From contig JASTWF010000418.1 in NCBI GenBank assembly GCA_030390025.1, forward strand, positions 62,001 to 126,000: DNA of 64,000 nucleotides, read 5' to 3'. Positions 25,595 to 37,500 of this stretch are shown one piece after another (the first letter of the stretch is position 1; each line of letters begins with the position of its first letter). Source of the stretch: Squalus acanthias (lineage: Eukaryota). The notes under the pieces are model-generated. The model did not search any database. It saw only the letters and a program-made list of their open reading frames with translations, and was not told the origin of the DNA. Position numbers and translations under genes: made by a program.

Positions 25595-27510
25595 CCCACA
25601 GTGCTGTTAGGGAGGGATTTCCAGGATTTTGACCCAGTGACGATGAAGGAACGGCCGATATATTTCCAAGTCAGGATGGTGTGTGACTTGGAGGGGAACT
25701 TGGAGGTGGTGGTGTTCCCATGTGCCTGCTGCCCTTGTCCTTCTAGGTGGTAGAGGTCGCGGGTTTGGGAGGTGCTGCCGAAGAAGCCTTGGCGAGTTGC
25801 TGCAGTGCATCTTGTAGATGGTACACACTGCAGCCACGGTACGCCGGTGGTGGAGGGAGTGAATGTTTAAGGTGGTGGATGGGCTGCCAATCAAGCGAGT
25901 TGCTTTGTCCTGCATGTTGTCGAGCTTCTTGAGTGTTGTTGGAGCTGCACTCATCCAGGCAAGTGGAGAGTATTCAATCACACTCCTGCCTTGTGCCTTG
26001 TAGATGGTGGTAAGGCTTTGGGGAGTCAGGAGGTGAGACATTCGCCACGGAATGTATATTTGGATTTCCAAAAGGCATTCGATAAGGTGCCACATCAAAG
26101 GTTATTACACAAGATTAGGGCTCATGGGGTTGGGGGTAATATAGTGGCATGGATAGAGGATTGGTTAACAGACAGAAAACAGAGAGTAGGGATAAACGGG
26201 TCTTTTTCAGGTTGGCAGGCTGTAACGAGTGAGGTGCCGCAAGGATCAGTGTTGGGGCCTCAGCTATTTACAATCTATATTAATGACCTAGATGAAGGGA
26301 TCGAGTTTAATGTATCCAAGTTTGCTGATGATACAAAGCTAGGTGGGACAGTGAGCTGTGAGGAGAACACAAAGAGTCTGCAAAGGGATATAGATAGACT
26401 GAGTGAGTGGTCAGTAAGGTGGCAGATGGAGTATAATGTAGGGAAATGTGAGGTTATTCACTTTGGTAGGAAGAATAGAAAAACAGAATATTTTTTAAAT
26501 GGTGAGAAACTTTCAAATGTTGGTGTTCACAGAGATTTGGGTGTCCTCGCAGAAGAAACACAGAAAGCTAGCATTGCAGGTACAGCAAGCAATAAGGAAG
26601 GCAAATGGCATGTTGGCCTTTATTGCAAGGGGGTTGGAGTATAAGAGTAAGGAAGTCTTGCTACAATTGTACAGGGCCTTGGTGAGACCACACCTGGAGT
26701 ACTGGGCACTGTTCTGTTCTCCTTATCTAAGGAAGGATATACTTGCCTTGGAGGCGGTGCAACGAAGGTTCACTAGATTGATTCCTGGGATGAGAGGGCT
26801 GTCCTATGATGAGAGATTGTGTAGAATGGGCCGATACTCTCTGGAGTTTGGAAGAATGAGAGGTGATCTCATTGAAACATACAAGATTCTGAGGGGGATT
26901 GACAGGGTAGATGCTGAGAGGTTGTTTCCCCCTGGCTGGAGTGTCTAGAACTAGGGGGGCATAGTCTCAGGATAAGGGGTCGACCATTTAGGACTGAGAT
27001 GAGGAGGAATTTCTTCACTCAGAGGGTGGTGAATCTTTGGAATTCTCTGCCCCAGAGGGCTGTGAATGCTGAGTCTTTGAGTATATTCAAGGCTGAGATC
27101 GATAGATTTCTGGACTCTGGGGGAATCAAGGGATATGGAGATCGGGCGGGAAAGTGGAGTTGAGGTCGATGATCAGCCATGATCTCATTGAATGGCTCGA
27201 GGGGCCAATTGGCCGACTCCTGCTCCTATTTCTTTTGTTCTTATGTTCTTAGAATACCCAGCCTCTGACCTGCTCTTGTAGCCACAGTATTTATGTGGCT
27301 GGTCCAGTTAAGTTTCTGGTCAATGGAGCCCCCTAGGATGTTGATGGTGGGGGATTCGGCGATGGTAATGCTTTTGAATGTCAAGGGGCGGTGGCTAGAT
27401 TCTCTCTTGTTGGAGATGGTCATTGGCTGGCACTTGTGAGGCTCATATGTTACTTACCACTGATCAGCTCAGGCCTGGATGTTATTCAGCTCATGGTACA
27501 TGCGGGCATG
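25595..27510. mobile_element. Minus-strand HER1-like LINE fragment interrupted by a plus-strand CR1 (about 26052-27250)
   Basis: ORF 25607-26098 (..TIYKAQGRSVIEYSPLAW..) and 27241-27423 (..LGGSIDQKLNWTSHI..) flank CR1 RT ORFs 25991-26948. Confidence 0.8.
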
Positions 27511-27584
27511 GACTGCACCAACATTAAGAGGTATAGCACCAGGAGTCAGACCAGCAGATGTGGAGCAGGACTCACTCTATTCAA

Positions 27585-28110
27585 CAGTAGTGTCCCCACT
27601 GAGCACTGTAGACACCAGCAGAGGGCACCCTACATCACCAAAACCCGACAGCACCAAAACCATTCACAGTAGTGTCCCCACTGAAAACTGTAGACACCAG
27701 CAGAGGGCACCCTACATCACCATTACTATTCACAGCAATGTCCCCATTGAACACTGTAGACACCAGCAGAGGGCACCCCACATCACCATTACTATTCACA
27801 GCAATGTCCCCATTGAACACTGTAGACACCAGCAGAGGGCACCCCACATCACCCTGACTATTCACAGCAGTGTCCCCATTGAACACTGTAGACACCAGCA
27901 GAGGGCACCCTACATCACCCTGACTATTCACAGCAGTGTCCCCACTGAACACTGTAGACACCAGCAGAGGGCGCCCTACATCACCCAAACTGTTCACAGC
28001 AGTGTCCCCACTGAACACTGTAGACACCAGCAGAGGGTACACTACATCACCCTGACTATTCACAGCAGTGTCCCCATTGAACACCATAGACACCAGCAGA
28101 GGGCACCCTC
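27585..28110 (+). promoter_or_regulatory. 66-bp tandem repeat carrying 8 co-oriented CTCF-like cores (CCAGCAGAGGGCAC/GC)
   Basis: Cores start at 27615, 27697, 27763, 27829, 27895, 27961, 28027 (variant GGGTAC) and 28093; match the CTCF core CCASYAGRKGGCRS. Confidence 0.6.
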
Positions 28111-28149
28111 CAGCACCCAATTCAATCTTTGCACAAAACCTGTGATGGT

Positions 28150-28400
28150 GTGAGACTCGCCCCCTTCTGTTCTGCTGGTTAGAGAGACTCAGAGCCTCCC
28201 TTTCTCCTGGTCTGAATCTCGGCCCCTCCCTTTCTGCTGGTCTTAGACTCGGCCCCTCCCTTTCTGCTGGTCAGTGAGACTCGGCCCCTCCCTTTCTGAT
28301 GGTCAGTGAGACTCCGCCCCTCCCTTTCTGATGGTCAGTGAGACTCGGCCCCTCCCTTTCTGATGGTGTGATTCTCGGCCCCTTCCTTTCTGCTGGTCTG
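28150..28400. repeat. About 32-bp tandem repeat in the presumptive 3' UTR
   Basis: gtgagactcggcccctccctttctgatggtca. Confidence 0.85.
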
Positions 28401-28422
28401 AGCTGGACATTGAATTCCGAAG

Positions 28423-28508
28423 CTACCTCTTCTGATCCAGCGATGGGATGGTCTCCATTTGAAGTTCACCCTGTGGCCAGAGACTGTTTCGCTGCATTCG
28501 GTAACTGC
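28423..28508 (-). CDS. Terminal cytoplasmic exon: [28 protein letters not shown]
   Basis: Strong polypyrimidine acceptor (tttttcctcttctcttccctcacctgcag); phase-1 join to the TM exon is open to TAG. Confidence 0.75.
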
Positions 28509-31500
28509 CTGCAGGTGAGGGAAGAGAAGAGGAAAAATATCAGCTTCAGTTTATCAGGAACCTCACACTGAGATCAGTCCAAATGGGCTTGATCCACCTG
28601 TCCGTGTACCTGGGGTCTGATCGACCTGTCTGTGTACCTGGGGTCTGATCCACCTGTCTGTGTACCTGGGCTCTGATCTACCTGTCTGTGTACCTGGGGT
28701 CTGATCCACCTGTCTGTGTACCTGGGGTCCGATCTACCTGTCTGTGTCCCTGGGGTCTGACCTACCTGTCTGTGTACCCGGGGTCTGATCTACCTGTCTG
28801 TGTACCTGGGGTCCGATCTACCTGTCTGTGTACCTGGGGTCAGACCTACCTGTCTGTCTGTGTGTTCTTTGTGAGATAAGATCACTCACTGTAATTACCG
28901 GACTGTAATCGGTCGCTAATTGCACAGTGATTTCCTCCAGTTCATTCCCGTTAAACCCCCTCACACACTCCGAACCTACCCTTTCTCTTCTGCCTGCAAG
29001 TCCTGATGCTGTGGGAAACGCTCAGGATGATGACTGTGTAGACGATCAGCCCACAGACCGCGAGGAGAATCCAGAGCCAGGCCCAGTCCCCGAGCTCTCC
29101 CCTCAATATCGAGGGCCCTGTGGGGAAGCAGAGGTTGAGAGGTGAGCGTGCTCCACATCTTGAAACCCCCTTAACATTCAGCAATCTGCTCAGGGTTATC
29201 TGGAGCGCAGAGTGGGGAGTTATTCAGCCGTGGGAGGGCGGAGATGGTTGGACACCCCCCCACCGCCCCCTCTTTTCAGAGGAGTGGGTGGGAGGAACAT
29301 TCACCTCGTCAGCCCATGGCCAACACACGGGCGAGATGTGGCTCGGGGGCCTGGGTCGCTGCTGAAAGACACTGAAAATAGCCCGCCAGAAATCTTCAGG
29401 AGCCAGTAACAAGCTTGACTGTCCCAGGTATTGTGTCCTTACATAACAGAGAGGGTTGATGAGGGTAGTGCGGTAGATGTCATATATCTGGACTTTCAAA
29501 AGGCGTTTGATAAAGTACCACATGTTAGCAAAATTTAAGCCCGTGGGATTAAAGGGACAGTGGCAGCATGGATTTGCCGAGGGGACAGAAAGCAGAGAGT
29601 AGTGGTGAACGGTTGTATTCCAGACTTGGGGGGAGTACACAGTGGAGTCCCCCAGGGGTCTGTATTGGGACCACTGCTCTTTTTGATATATATTAATGAC
29701 CTGGACTTGGGTATACAGGGCATCATTTCATAGTTTCTCGATGATACAAAACTCGGAAATGTAGTAAACAGTGAGGAGGATAGTAACAGACTTCAGGAGG
29801 ACACAGACAGACTGGTGGAATGGGCAGACACGTGGCAGATGAAGTTTAATGCAGAGAAGTGTCAAGAGATACATTTTGGTAGGAACAATGAGAAGAGGCA
29901 ATATAAACTAAAGGGTACAATTTTAAAGGGTGTGCAGGAACAGAGAGACATTGAGGGTGTATGTACACCAGTCCTTGAAGGTGGCAGGGCAGGTTGAGGA
30001 AGCAGTTAAAAAAGCATGCAGGATCCTCGGGGGAGAAATTCGGTATCGCCCCGTTTGGGGCACGATTATCGGCCGGGCACAAGGTTTAGCGCCTGGCGCT
30101 AATTATCGCCTCCGACTGCAAACTTGGCTTCTATCGCCCCTGGAGGTGATTGGAGCGCTAAATCAAGCGCTACACACCTCTCTTAAGGCACTAACGCCAA
30201 GGAGTGAGGCACTACCTCAGAGCGCTGGCGAAGCTCATGTGATGTCAGTCAGCAATGGAACACAGACACACTGGCGCCGGCCAGTTTTTAAAGGGGAGGG
30301 TCGATCTTGCTCTCCATCCACACCCTGCTCATTGCAGCCTTGAATCGCTGCCTGGAGAGACCTGTACATCAAATCTGCTGGAAAGAACAATGGAGAGGAC
30401 CAGGGAAAGAGCTCAGAGTGCAGCCCCCACAGTCTCTTCTAAATCGATGCAAGGAAGGTCAAATCAAAATGAACCTGCAAGGTGCTGCTCAGTACCCAAA
30501 ACTCCTTCACACAGCGTTGAATCTCTCCAGAAGACTCTCTCTCTCAGAATGCGTGGTGCAAAAATGTCGCCGACAAAAAAAGGCAGGAAGCGGTCGCCTT
30601 TAAATAGCACTCCCCCAGTCCCTTCCCGACTGCAAAACGCTCCCCTCAACTTGTCGTTGCTAGCGGCAGGCGGAAAGGCAGGGGGCGCCACTCAATATCC
30701 GGTCCGGGGCGCTACCGGGGCGTTGCACGTTTGACTGATGTCATGATCTGCGGGCGCAGGAGATCGTGGCGGTAGTGTTTAGCGCCTCCGCAAAATGTCT
30801 GGTCAATTTCGCGAGCGGCGCAAACATCGCCACGCCCGGGCGCTAGTTGCTTTGCGACCCATTAGCACCCTCTTAGGTGCAAAGCAACTGAATATATCCC
30901 CCCTTGATTTTATAAATAGAGGCACAGAGTACAAAAGCAAGGAAGTTATGCTAAACGTTTATAACACACTGGTTAGGCCTCAGCTGGAGCATTGTGTCCA
31001 ATTCTGGGCACCGCACTTTAGGAAGAACATCAAGGCCTTTGAGAGGGTGCAGAGGAAATTGACCAGAATGGTACCGGGGATGAGGGACTTCAGTTACGTG
31101 GAGAGACTGGAGAAGCTGGGATTGTTCTCCTTGGAGCAGAGAAGGTTAAGGGGAGATTGACCAGAATGGTACCAGGGATGAGGGACTTCAGTTACGTGGA
31201 CAGACTGGAGAAGCTGGGATTGTTCTCCTTAGAGCAGAGAAGGTTAAGAGGATATTTGATGGAGGCATTGAAAATCATGGCGGGTTTTGATAGAGTAAAT
31301 AAGGAGAAACTGTTTCCCGTGGCAGCAGAATACTTGCAGGGGAAACATTTTCAGGGCTATCGGCAAAGAGCAGGGGGGAGTGGGACTAATTGGATAGCTC
31401 TTTCAAAGAGCCGGCACAGGCACGATGGGCTGAATGTCCACCTCCTTCTGTGCAGGTACTATGACACTATGATCTCTGTCCTGCCTCCATGAAAGGCCAC

Positions 31501-34500
31501 ATCCAGACTAACCTTTGAAGACTAAAAAGCAATTAAAGTGGAGACACGGTGTCTAGAATTTCAACCGCCCGTAAGAACTTTATTATCTGGGTCACATTCC
31601 AAGGTATCTTTTAATCAGCGTTCAGCAGTTTGAGTGAACGATTGAGGAGGCGGCTTACACATGTTTACCTTAGGATAGATAACCAATCAGTGAAGGTGCA
31701 TGCGGGCCAAGATCCAATCAGGTTGCAGAAATAAATTTTGCATGAGGCTGGACATGTGTATTGTAATGTATAAAAATGTAGTGTTTGCTGTAACAATTTG
31801 GTGAAGTCTGTCTAAAGACAGAGCAGACTGTCTCCCCACCGGTGTAATAAAGATGACTTGATTATCGATCTAAAAACCTTGTGTCGAGTGTTGGTTTAAA
31901 ATTCTCCACAACAGGATCTTCACCACAAGGACTGCAGCGGTTCAAGAAGGCGGCTCACCACCACCTTCTCAAGGGCAATTAGGGATGGGCAATAAATGCC
32001 GGCCTTGCCAGCGACGCCCACATCCCAGGAACGAATTAAAAAAAAGAGGAACTGAAACCTACGCTGGTGGAGCAGAAGGAATGGGGGACGAGGAGAAGGA
32101 TGTTGGAGGAGTGATGGGAGGGCGCAGGGTTTTTTTAAGGAAGGAGGTCACAGACGAAAGGCACGGGGAGGATACGGAGGGAGGCGATCGCCAGGGTAAG
32201 AGTTTTGAGGTGAGTGGAGCTCAGAGCCTGGGGAGGGTTGGAGAGGACACGGGGCGGTGGGAGAGTGGGAAGACGTGGGCCATTGGGGGTTTGGGATGAG
32301 TTGGAGTTTGCCCAGGTCGGGTTGAGGAGACAGCCCGGAGAGGACTGCGGAGTGACCGGCGAGCGAGTCACGACGCGCGAGGACCGGGGAGAAGCTCCAC
32401 CCCCCTCACCAGAGGCTTCTTCACCTCGCTCCTTCCTGAGCACCCGTTCCACCAGTTCTTTCGAGGACCGGTGTCCCACCACACAGGAGTAGCTCTGGCC
32501 CCTCTCCCAGGCTTCCGACGGGACGGAGAGCTGGCTGACCGCGCCGAAGGTCCCGTTGCTGTCTGGGGTCACCGGGAAGGTGGTCCTTCCACTTGTGACC
32601 TCGCTGCCCTGGGTTCTCCAGGTCAAGTACACGTCTCCAGGGTAGAAACCGGACACAAAGCAGGCCAGAGTTGTCGTCCCATCGTTGAGGGAACCCTCCC
32701 GCTGTCCCACTTCCAAGGTGCATATTTCAGGGCTCCTCACCAGCTGGGCTGAAATCACAACAGGAATGGGTTTAGAAATCCCGGGAGGTGTAGAGAATTT
32801 CAGCCCCGGGTCCTGGGAGTCCCCCCATCTGGGACTGCAAACCATCCAGTGAATCACATCCCTCATCAATCCCCCATCAAAGACCATCTCCTGCTAATCT
32901 ATTCATCACACCAGACCCCCTACCTCTCCCATCGAAGCCCATCCCTCCAGTCCCCTAACTCTCCCATCGAAGCCCATCCCTCCAGACCCCAACCTCTCCC
33001 ATCGAAGCCTATCCCTCAGACTCCCTAACTCTCCCATTGAAGCCCATCCCTCTAGTCCCCTAACTCTCCCATCGAAGCCCATCCCGCTAGTCCCCTAACT
33101 CTCCCATCGAAGCCCATCCCTCCAGTCCCCTAACTCTCCCATCCAAGCCCATCTCTCAGGCTCCCTACCTCTCCCATCGAAGCCCATCCCTCTAGTCCTC
33201 TAACTCACCCATCGAAGCCCATCCCTCTAATCCTCTAACTCACCCATCGAAGCCCATCCCTCTAATCCCCTAACTCACAGATCGAAGCCCATCCCTCCAG
33301 TCCCCTAACTCTCCCATCAAAGCCCATCCCTCTAGTCCCCTAACTCTCCCATCGATGCCCATCCCTCTAGTCTCCTAACTCTCCCATCGAAGCCCATCCC
33401 TCTAGTCCTCTAACTCAACCATCGAAGCCCATCCCTCTAATCCCCTAACTCACAGATCGAAGCCCTTCCCTCTAGTCCCCTAACTCTCCCATCGAAGCCC
33501 ATCCCTCTAGTCCCCTAACTCTCCCATCGAAGCCCATACCTCTAGTCCCCTAACACTCCCATCGAAGCCCATCACTCTAGTCCCCTAACACTCCCATCGA
33601 AGCCCATCCCTCAAGTCTCCTAACTCTCCCATCGAAGCCCATCCCTCTAATCCCCAAACTCTTCCATCGAAGCCCATCCCTCTAGTCCTCTAACTCACCC
33701 ATCGAAGCCCATCCCTCTAGTCCCCTAACTCACAGATCGAAGCCCTTCCCTCTAGTCCCCTAACTCTCCCATTGAAGCCCATCCCTCTTGTCCCCTACCT
33801 CTCCCATCGAAGCCCATCCCTCTAGTCCCCTAACTCTCCCATCGAAGCCCATTCCTCTAGTCCCCTAACTCTCCCATCGAAGCCCATCCCTCTAGACACC
33901 TAACTCTCCCATCGAAGCCCATCCCTCTAGTCCCCTAACTCTCCCATCGAAGCCCATCCCTCCAGTCCCCTAACTCTCCCATCGAAGCCCATCCCTCCAG
34001 TCCCCTAACTCTCCCATCGAAGCCCATCCCTCTAATCCCCAAACTCTCCCATCGAAGCCTATCCCTCTAATCCCTAAACTCTCCCATCAAAGCCCTTCCC
34101 TCTAATCCCCAAACTCTCCCATCGAAGCCCATCCCTCTAGACACCTAACTCTCCCATCGAAGCCCATCCCTCCAGTCCCCTAACTCTCCCATCGAAGCCC
34201 ATCCCTCTAATCCCCAAACTCTCCCATCGAAGCCTATCCCTCTAATCCCTAAACTCTCCCATCAAAGCCCTTCCCTCTAATCCCCAAACTCTCCCATCGA
34301 AGCCCATCCCTCTAATCCCCAAACTCTACCATCGAAGCCCATCCCTCTAGTCCCCTAACTCTCCCATCGAAGCTCATACCTCTAGTCCCCTAACTCTCCC
34401 ATCGAAGCCCATCCCTCAAGTCTCCTAACTCTCCCATCGAAGCCCATCCCTCTAATCCCCAAACTCTCCCATCAAAGCCCATCCCTCTAGACCCCTAACT

Positions 34501-37500
34501 CTCCCATCGAAGCCCATCCCTCAAGTCCCCTAACTCTCCCATCGAAGCCCATACCTCTAGTCTCCTAACTCTCCCATCGAAGCCCATCCCTCAAGTCTCC
34601 TAACTCTCCCATCGAAGCCCATCCCTCTAGTCTCCTAACTCTCCCATCGAAGCCCATCCCTCTAATCCCCTAACTCTCCCATTGAAGCCCATACCTCTAA
34701 TTCCCGAACACTCCCATCGAAGCCCATCCCTCTAATCCCCGAACTCTCCCATCGAAGCCCACCCCTCTAGTCTCCCAACCCGTACTAGCTCCCCCTCACA
34801 CATGCCGCCCTCCCCTACCCCAACCCCACCTCCCCTCCCCCTACACTCTCCACCCCGCCCCCAGCCCCGATCGCTGACTCACCGTCTCCTGCAGTGATGG
34901 TGCTGGTTACTGGGGTTGTCAGTGCCTCGTGTGTAACCTCACAGGTGTAACTGGCCCCCGAACCCCAGTCCTCCCCTGACACCGTCAACTCACTCCTGGA
35001 CCTGTAGGTCCCGTCCGGGTTGGCAAGGCACGGCAGAGCCTGGGAGCCGCCGCCCACCTCCGACTCCGCACCGATCCACCGGAAGGATATCGTATCCGGG
35101 TAGAACCCAGTGGCGGCGCAGGCCAGCGTGGCGGTCTGATTGGTCAGAATCTCCTGGATCGAGGGAGCGACGAGGCGGACGGACGGAGGGGAGGGGGGAC
35201 GGGCTGAGGGGGGAAACAAAACATGGATTAGGACTGAGGAATCTGCGGGAATGAACTCAACGTCACCTGAGGTCCAGAGAGAGAGCTGAAGGGTCCTCGC
35301 TCTCTGATGGGCAGTGGGTCAGTAAGGAGAGCCTTGGCTTTATTAATAGAGGCATAGAGTACAAAAGCAAGGAAGTCAAGCTAAACCTGTTATAAATTAC
35401 TGGTTATGCCTCAACTGGAGTCTGGTGTCCAATTCTGGGCACCACACTTTAGGAAGGATGCCAAGGCCTTGGAGAGGGTGCAGAGGAGATTGACCAGAAT
35501 GGTACCAGGGATGAGGGACTTCAGTTACGTGGAGAGACTGGAGAAGCTGGGATTGTTCTCCTTAGAGCAGAGAAGGTTAAGTGGAGATTGACCAGAATGG
35601 TACCGGTGATGAGGGACTTCAGTTACGTGGAGAGACTGGAGAAGCTGGGATTGTTCTCCTTAGAGCAGAGAAGGTTAAGGGGAGATTTACCAGAATGGTA
35701 CCAGGGATGAGGGACTTCAGTTACGTGGAGAGACTGGAGAAGCTGGGGTTGTTCTCCTTGGAGCAGAGAAGGTTAAGAGGAGATTTAATCGAGGTGTTGA
35801 AAATCATGAATGGTTTTGATAGAGTAAATAAGGAGAAACTGTTTGCAGTTGCAGGAGGGTTGGTAAGCAGAGGACACAGATTAAGGTAATTGGAAAAAGA
35901 ACCAGAGGGGAGATGAGGAAACATCTTTTTACGCAGCGAGTTGTTGTGATCTGGAATGCGCTGCCTGAAAGGGCAGTGGAAGCAGATTCAATAGTAACTT
36001 TGAAAAGGGAATTGGATAACTACTTGAGGGGGAAAAATGTACAGGGCTGTGGGGAAAGAGCAGAGGAGTGGGACTAATTGGAGAGCTCTTTCAAAGAGCC
36101 GGCACAGGCACGATGGGCCGAATGGCCTCCTTCTGTGCGGGTACTACGATACTTCGATCTCTGTCCTGCCTTCTAAATCCAGAGTGGGAAAGGGAGGGAG
36201 TTGGGGTTAAGAGTTAGAGGTTGAGGTAAGGAGTTACGGTTTGGGTTTGGGTTTGGTTTTGAGGGGGTTTTACACAGTGGGGAAGCAGGGATAGGGTCCG
36301 GTTTGGGTGTTTAGTATTGGGTAAAGGTTAGGGTTCAGAGATAGAGTTACTGTTTAGAGGGAGCTTATGAAATCAGGAAGGGAAGTGATCAGAGAGAGGG
36401 ATTGGATTCCAGAGGACAGTAACATGGTGGCTGAAGAAGGAGGCCACTCAGCCCCTCAAGCCTGTCCCGCCATTCAATAGGAAGGATGTGATTGCATTGG
36501 AGAGGGTGCAGAGGAGTTTCACCAGGATGTTACTTGGGCTGGAGCGCTTCAGCTATGAAGAGAGACTGGACAGGCTGGGGTTGTTTTCCTTGGAGCAGAG
36601 AAGACTGAGGGGGGACCTGATTGAGGTGTACAAAATTATGAGGGGCATAGATAGGGAAGATAGAAATGAACTTTTCCCCTTAGTAGAGGGGTCAATAACC
36701 AGGGGGCATAGTTTCAAGGTAAGGGGCAGGAGGTTTAGAAGGGATTTGAGGAAAAACTTTTTCACCCAGAGGGTGGTTGGAATCTGGAACTCACTGCCTG
36801 AAAGGGTGGTAGAGGCAGGAACCCTCACAACATTCAAGAAGCATTTAGATGAGCACTTGAAACGCCATAGCATACAAGGCTACGGACCAAGTGCTGGAAA
36901 ATGGGATTAGAATAGACAGGGCTTGATGGCCGGCGCGGACACGATGGGCCGAAGGGCCTCTTTCTGTGCTGTGTAACTCTACGACTCTATGAGACCATGG
37001 CTGATCTGTACCACAACTCCATCTACTCGTCTTGGTTCCGTAACCCTTAGTACTTTTGCCGAGCAAAAGACCATCAATCTCAGCCTTGACATTTTCAATT
37101 GACACCCCCCCCAGCCTCAGCTGCTGTTTGGGAGAGAAAGCTCCCGATTACCACTACCCACAGCAAAGTGGTTGACTCTGAACTACCCTCTGCAATGGGC
37201 TGACGAGACAGTCAGTTGTATCGAACCGCTACAAGAAACTATAATAGGACTGCAGTGGGGAAAGAGTTAAACTGACATCGCCGGCTGTTTCCCTGAATGG
37301 TGGAAGAAAGACAGGGGCCAACATGAAAGGCCACATCCCAGACTGACCTTTGAAGACTAAAAAGCAATTAAAGTGGAGACAAGGGTGTCTAGAATTTCAA
37401 CCGCCCATAAGAACTTTATTATCTGGGTCACATTCCAAGGTATCTTTTAATCAGCGTTCAGCAGTTTGAGTGAACGATTGAGGAGGCAGCTTACACATGT

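Noticed and set aside
23853-25753. Long ORFs of 408-585 aa in several frames
   Set aside because: Translation of a 39-bp stop-poor minisatellite, open on both strands; no evidence of a real protein.
27585-28110. CRISPR-like regular repeats (also the 39-, 60- and 67-bp arrays)
   Set aside because: No unique spacers, no cas genes, and vertebrate genomic context.
28890-28902. Possible 13-nt micro-exon between TM and CYT exons (ttacag ... gtgagt)
   Set aside because: No pyrimidine tract and it would shift the frame; the direct TM-CYT splice is already in frame.
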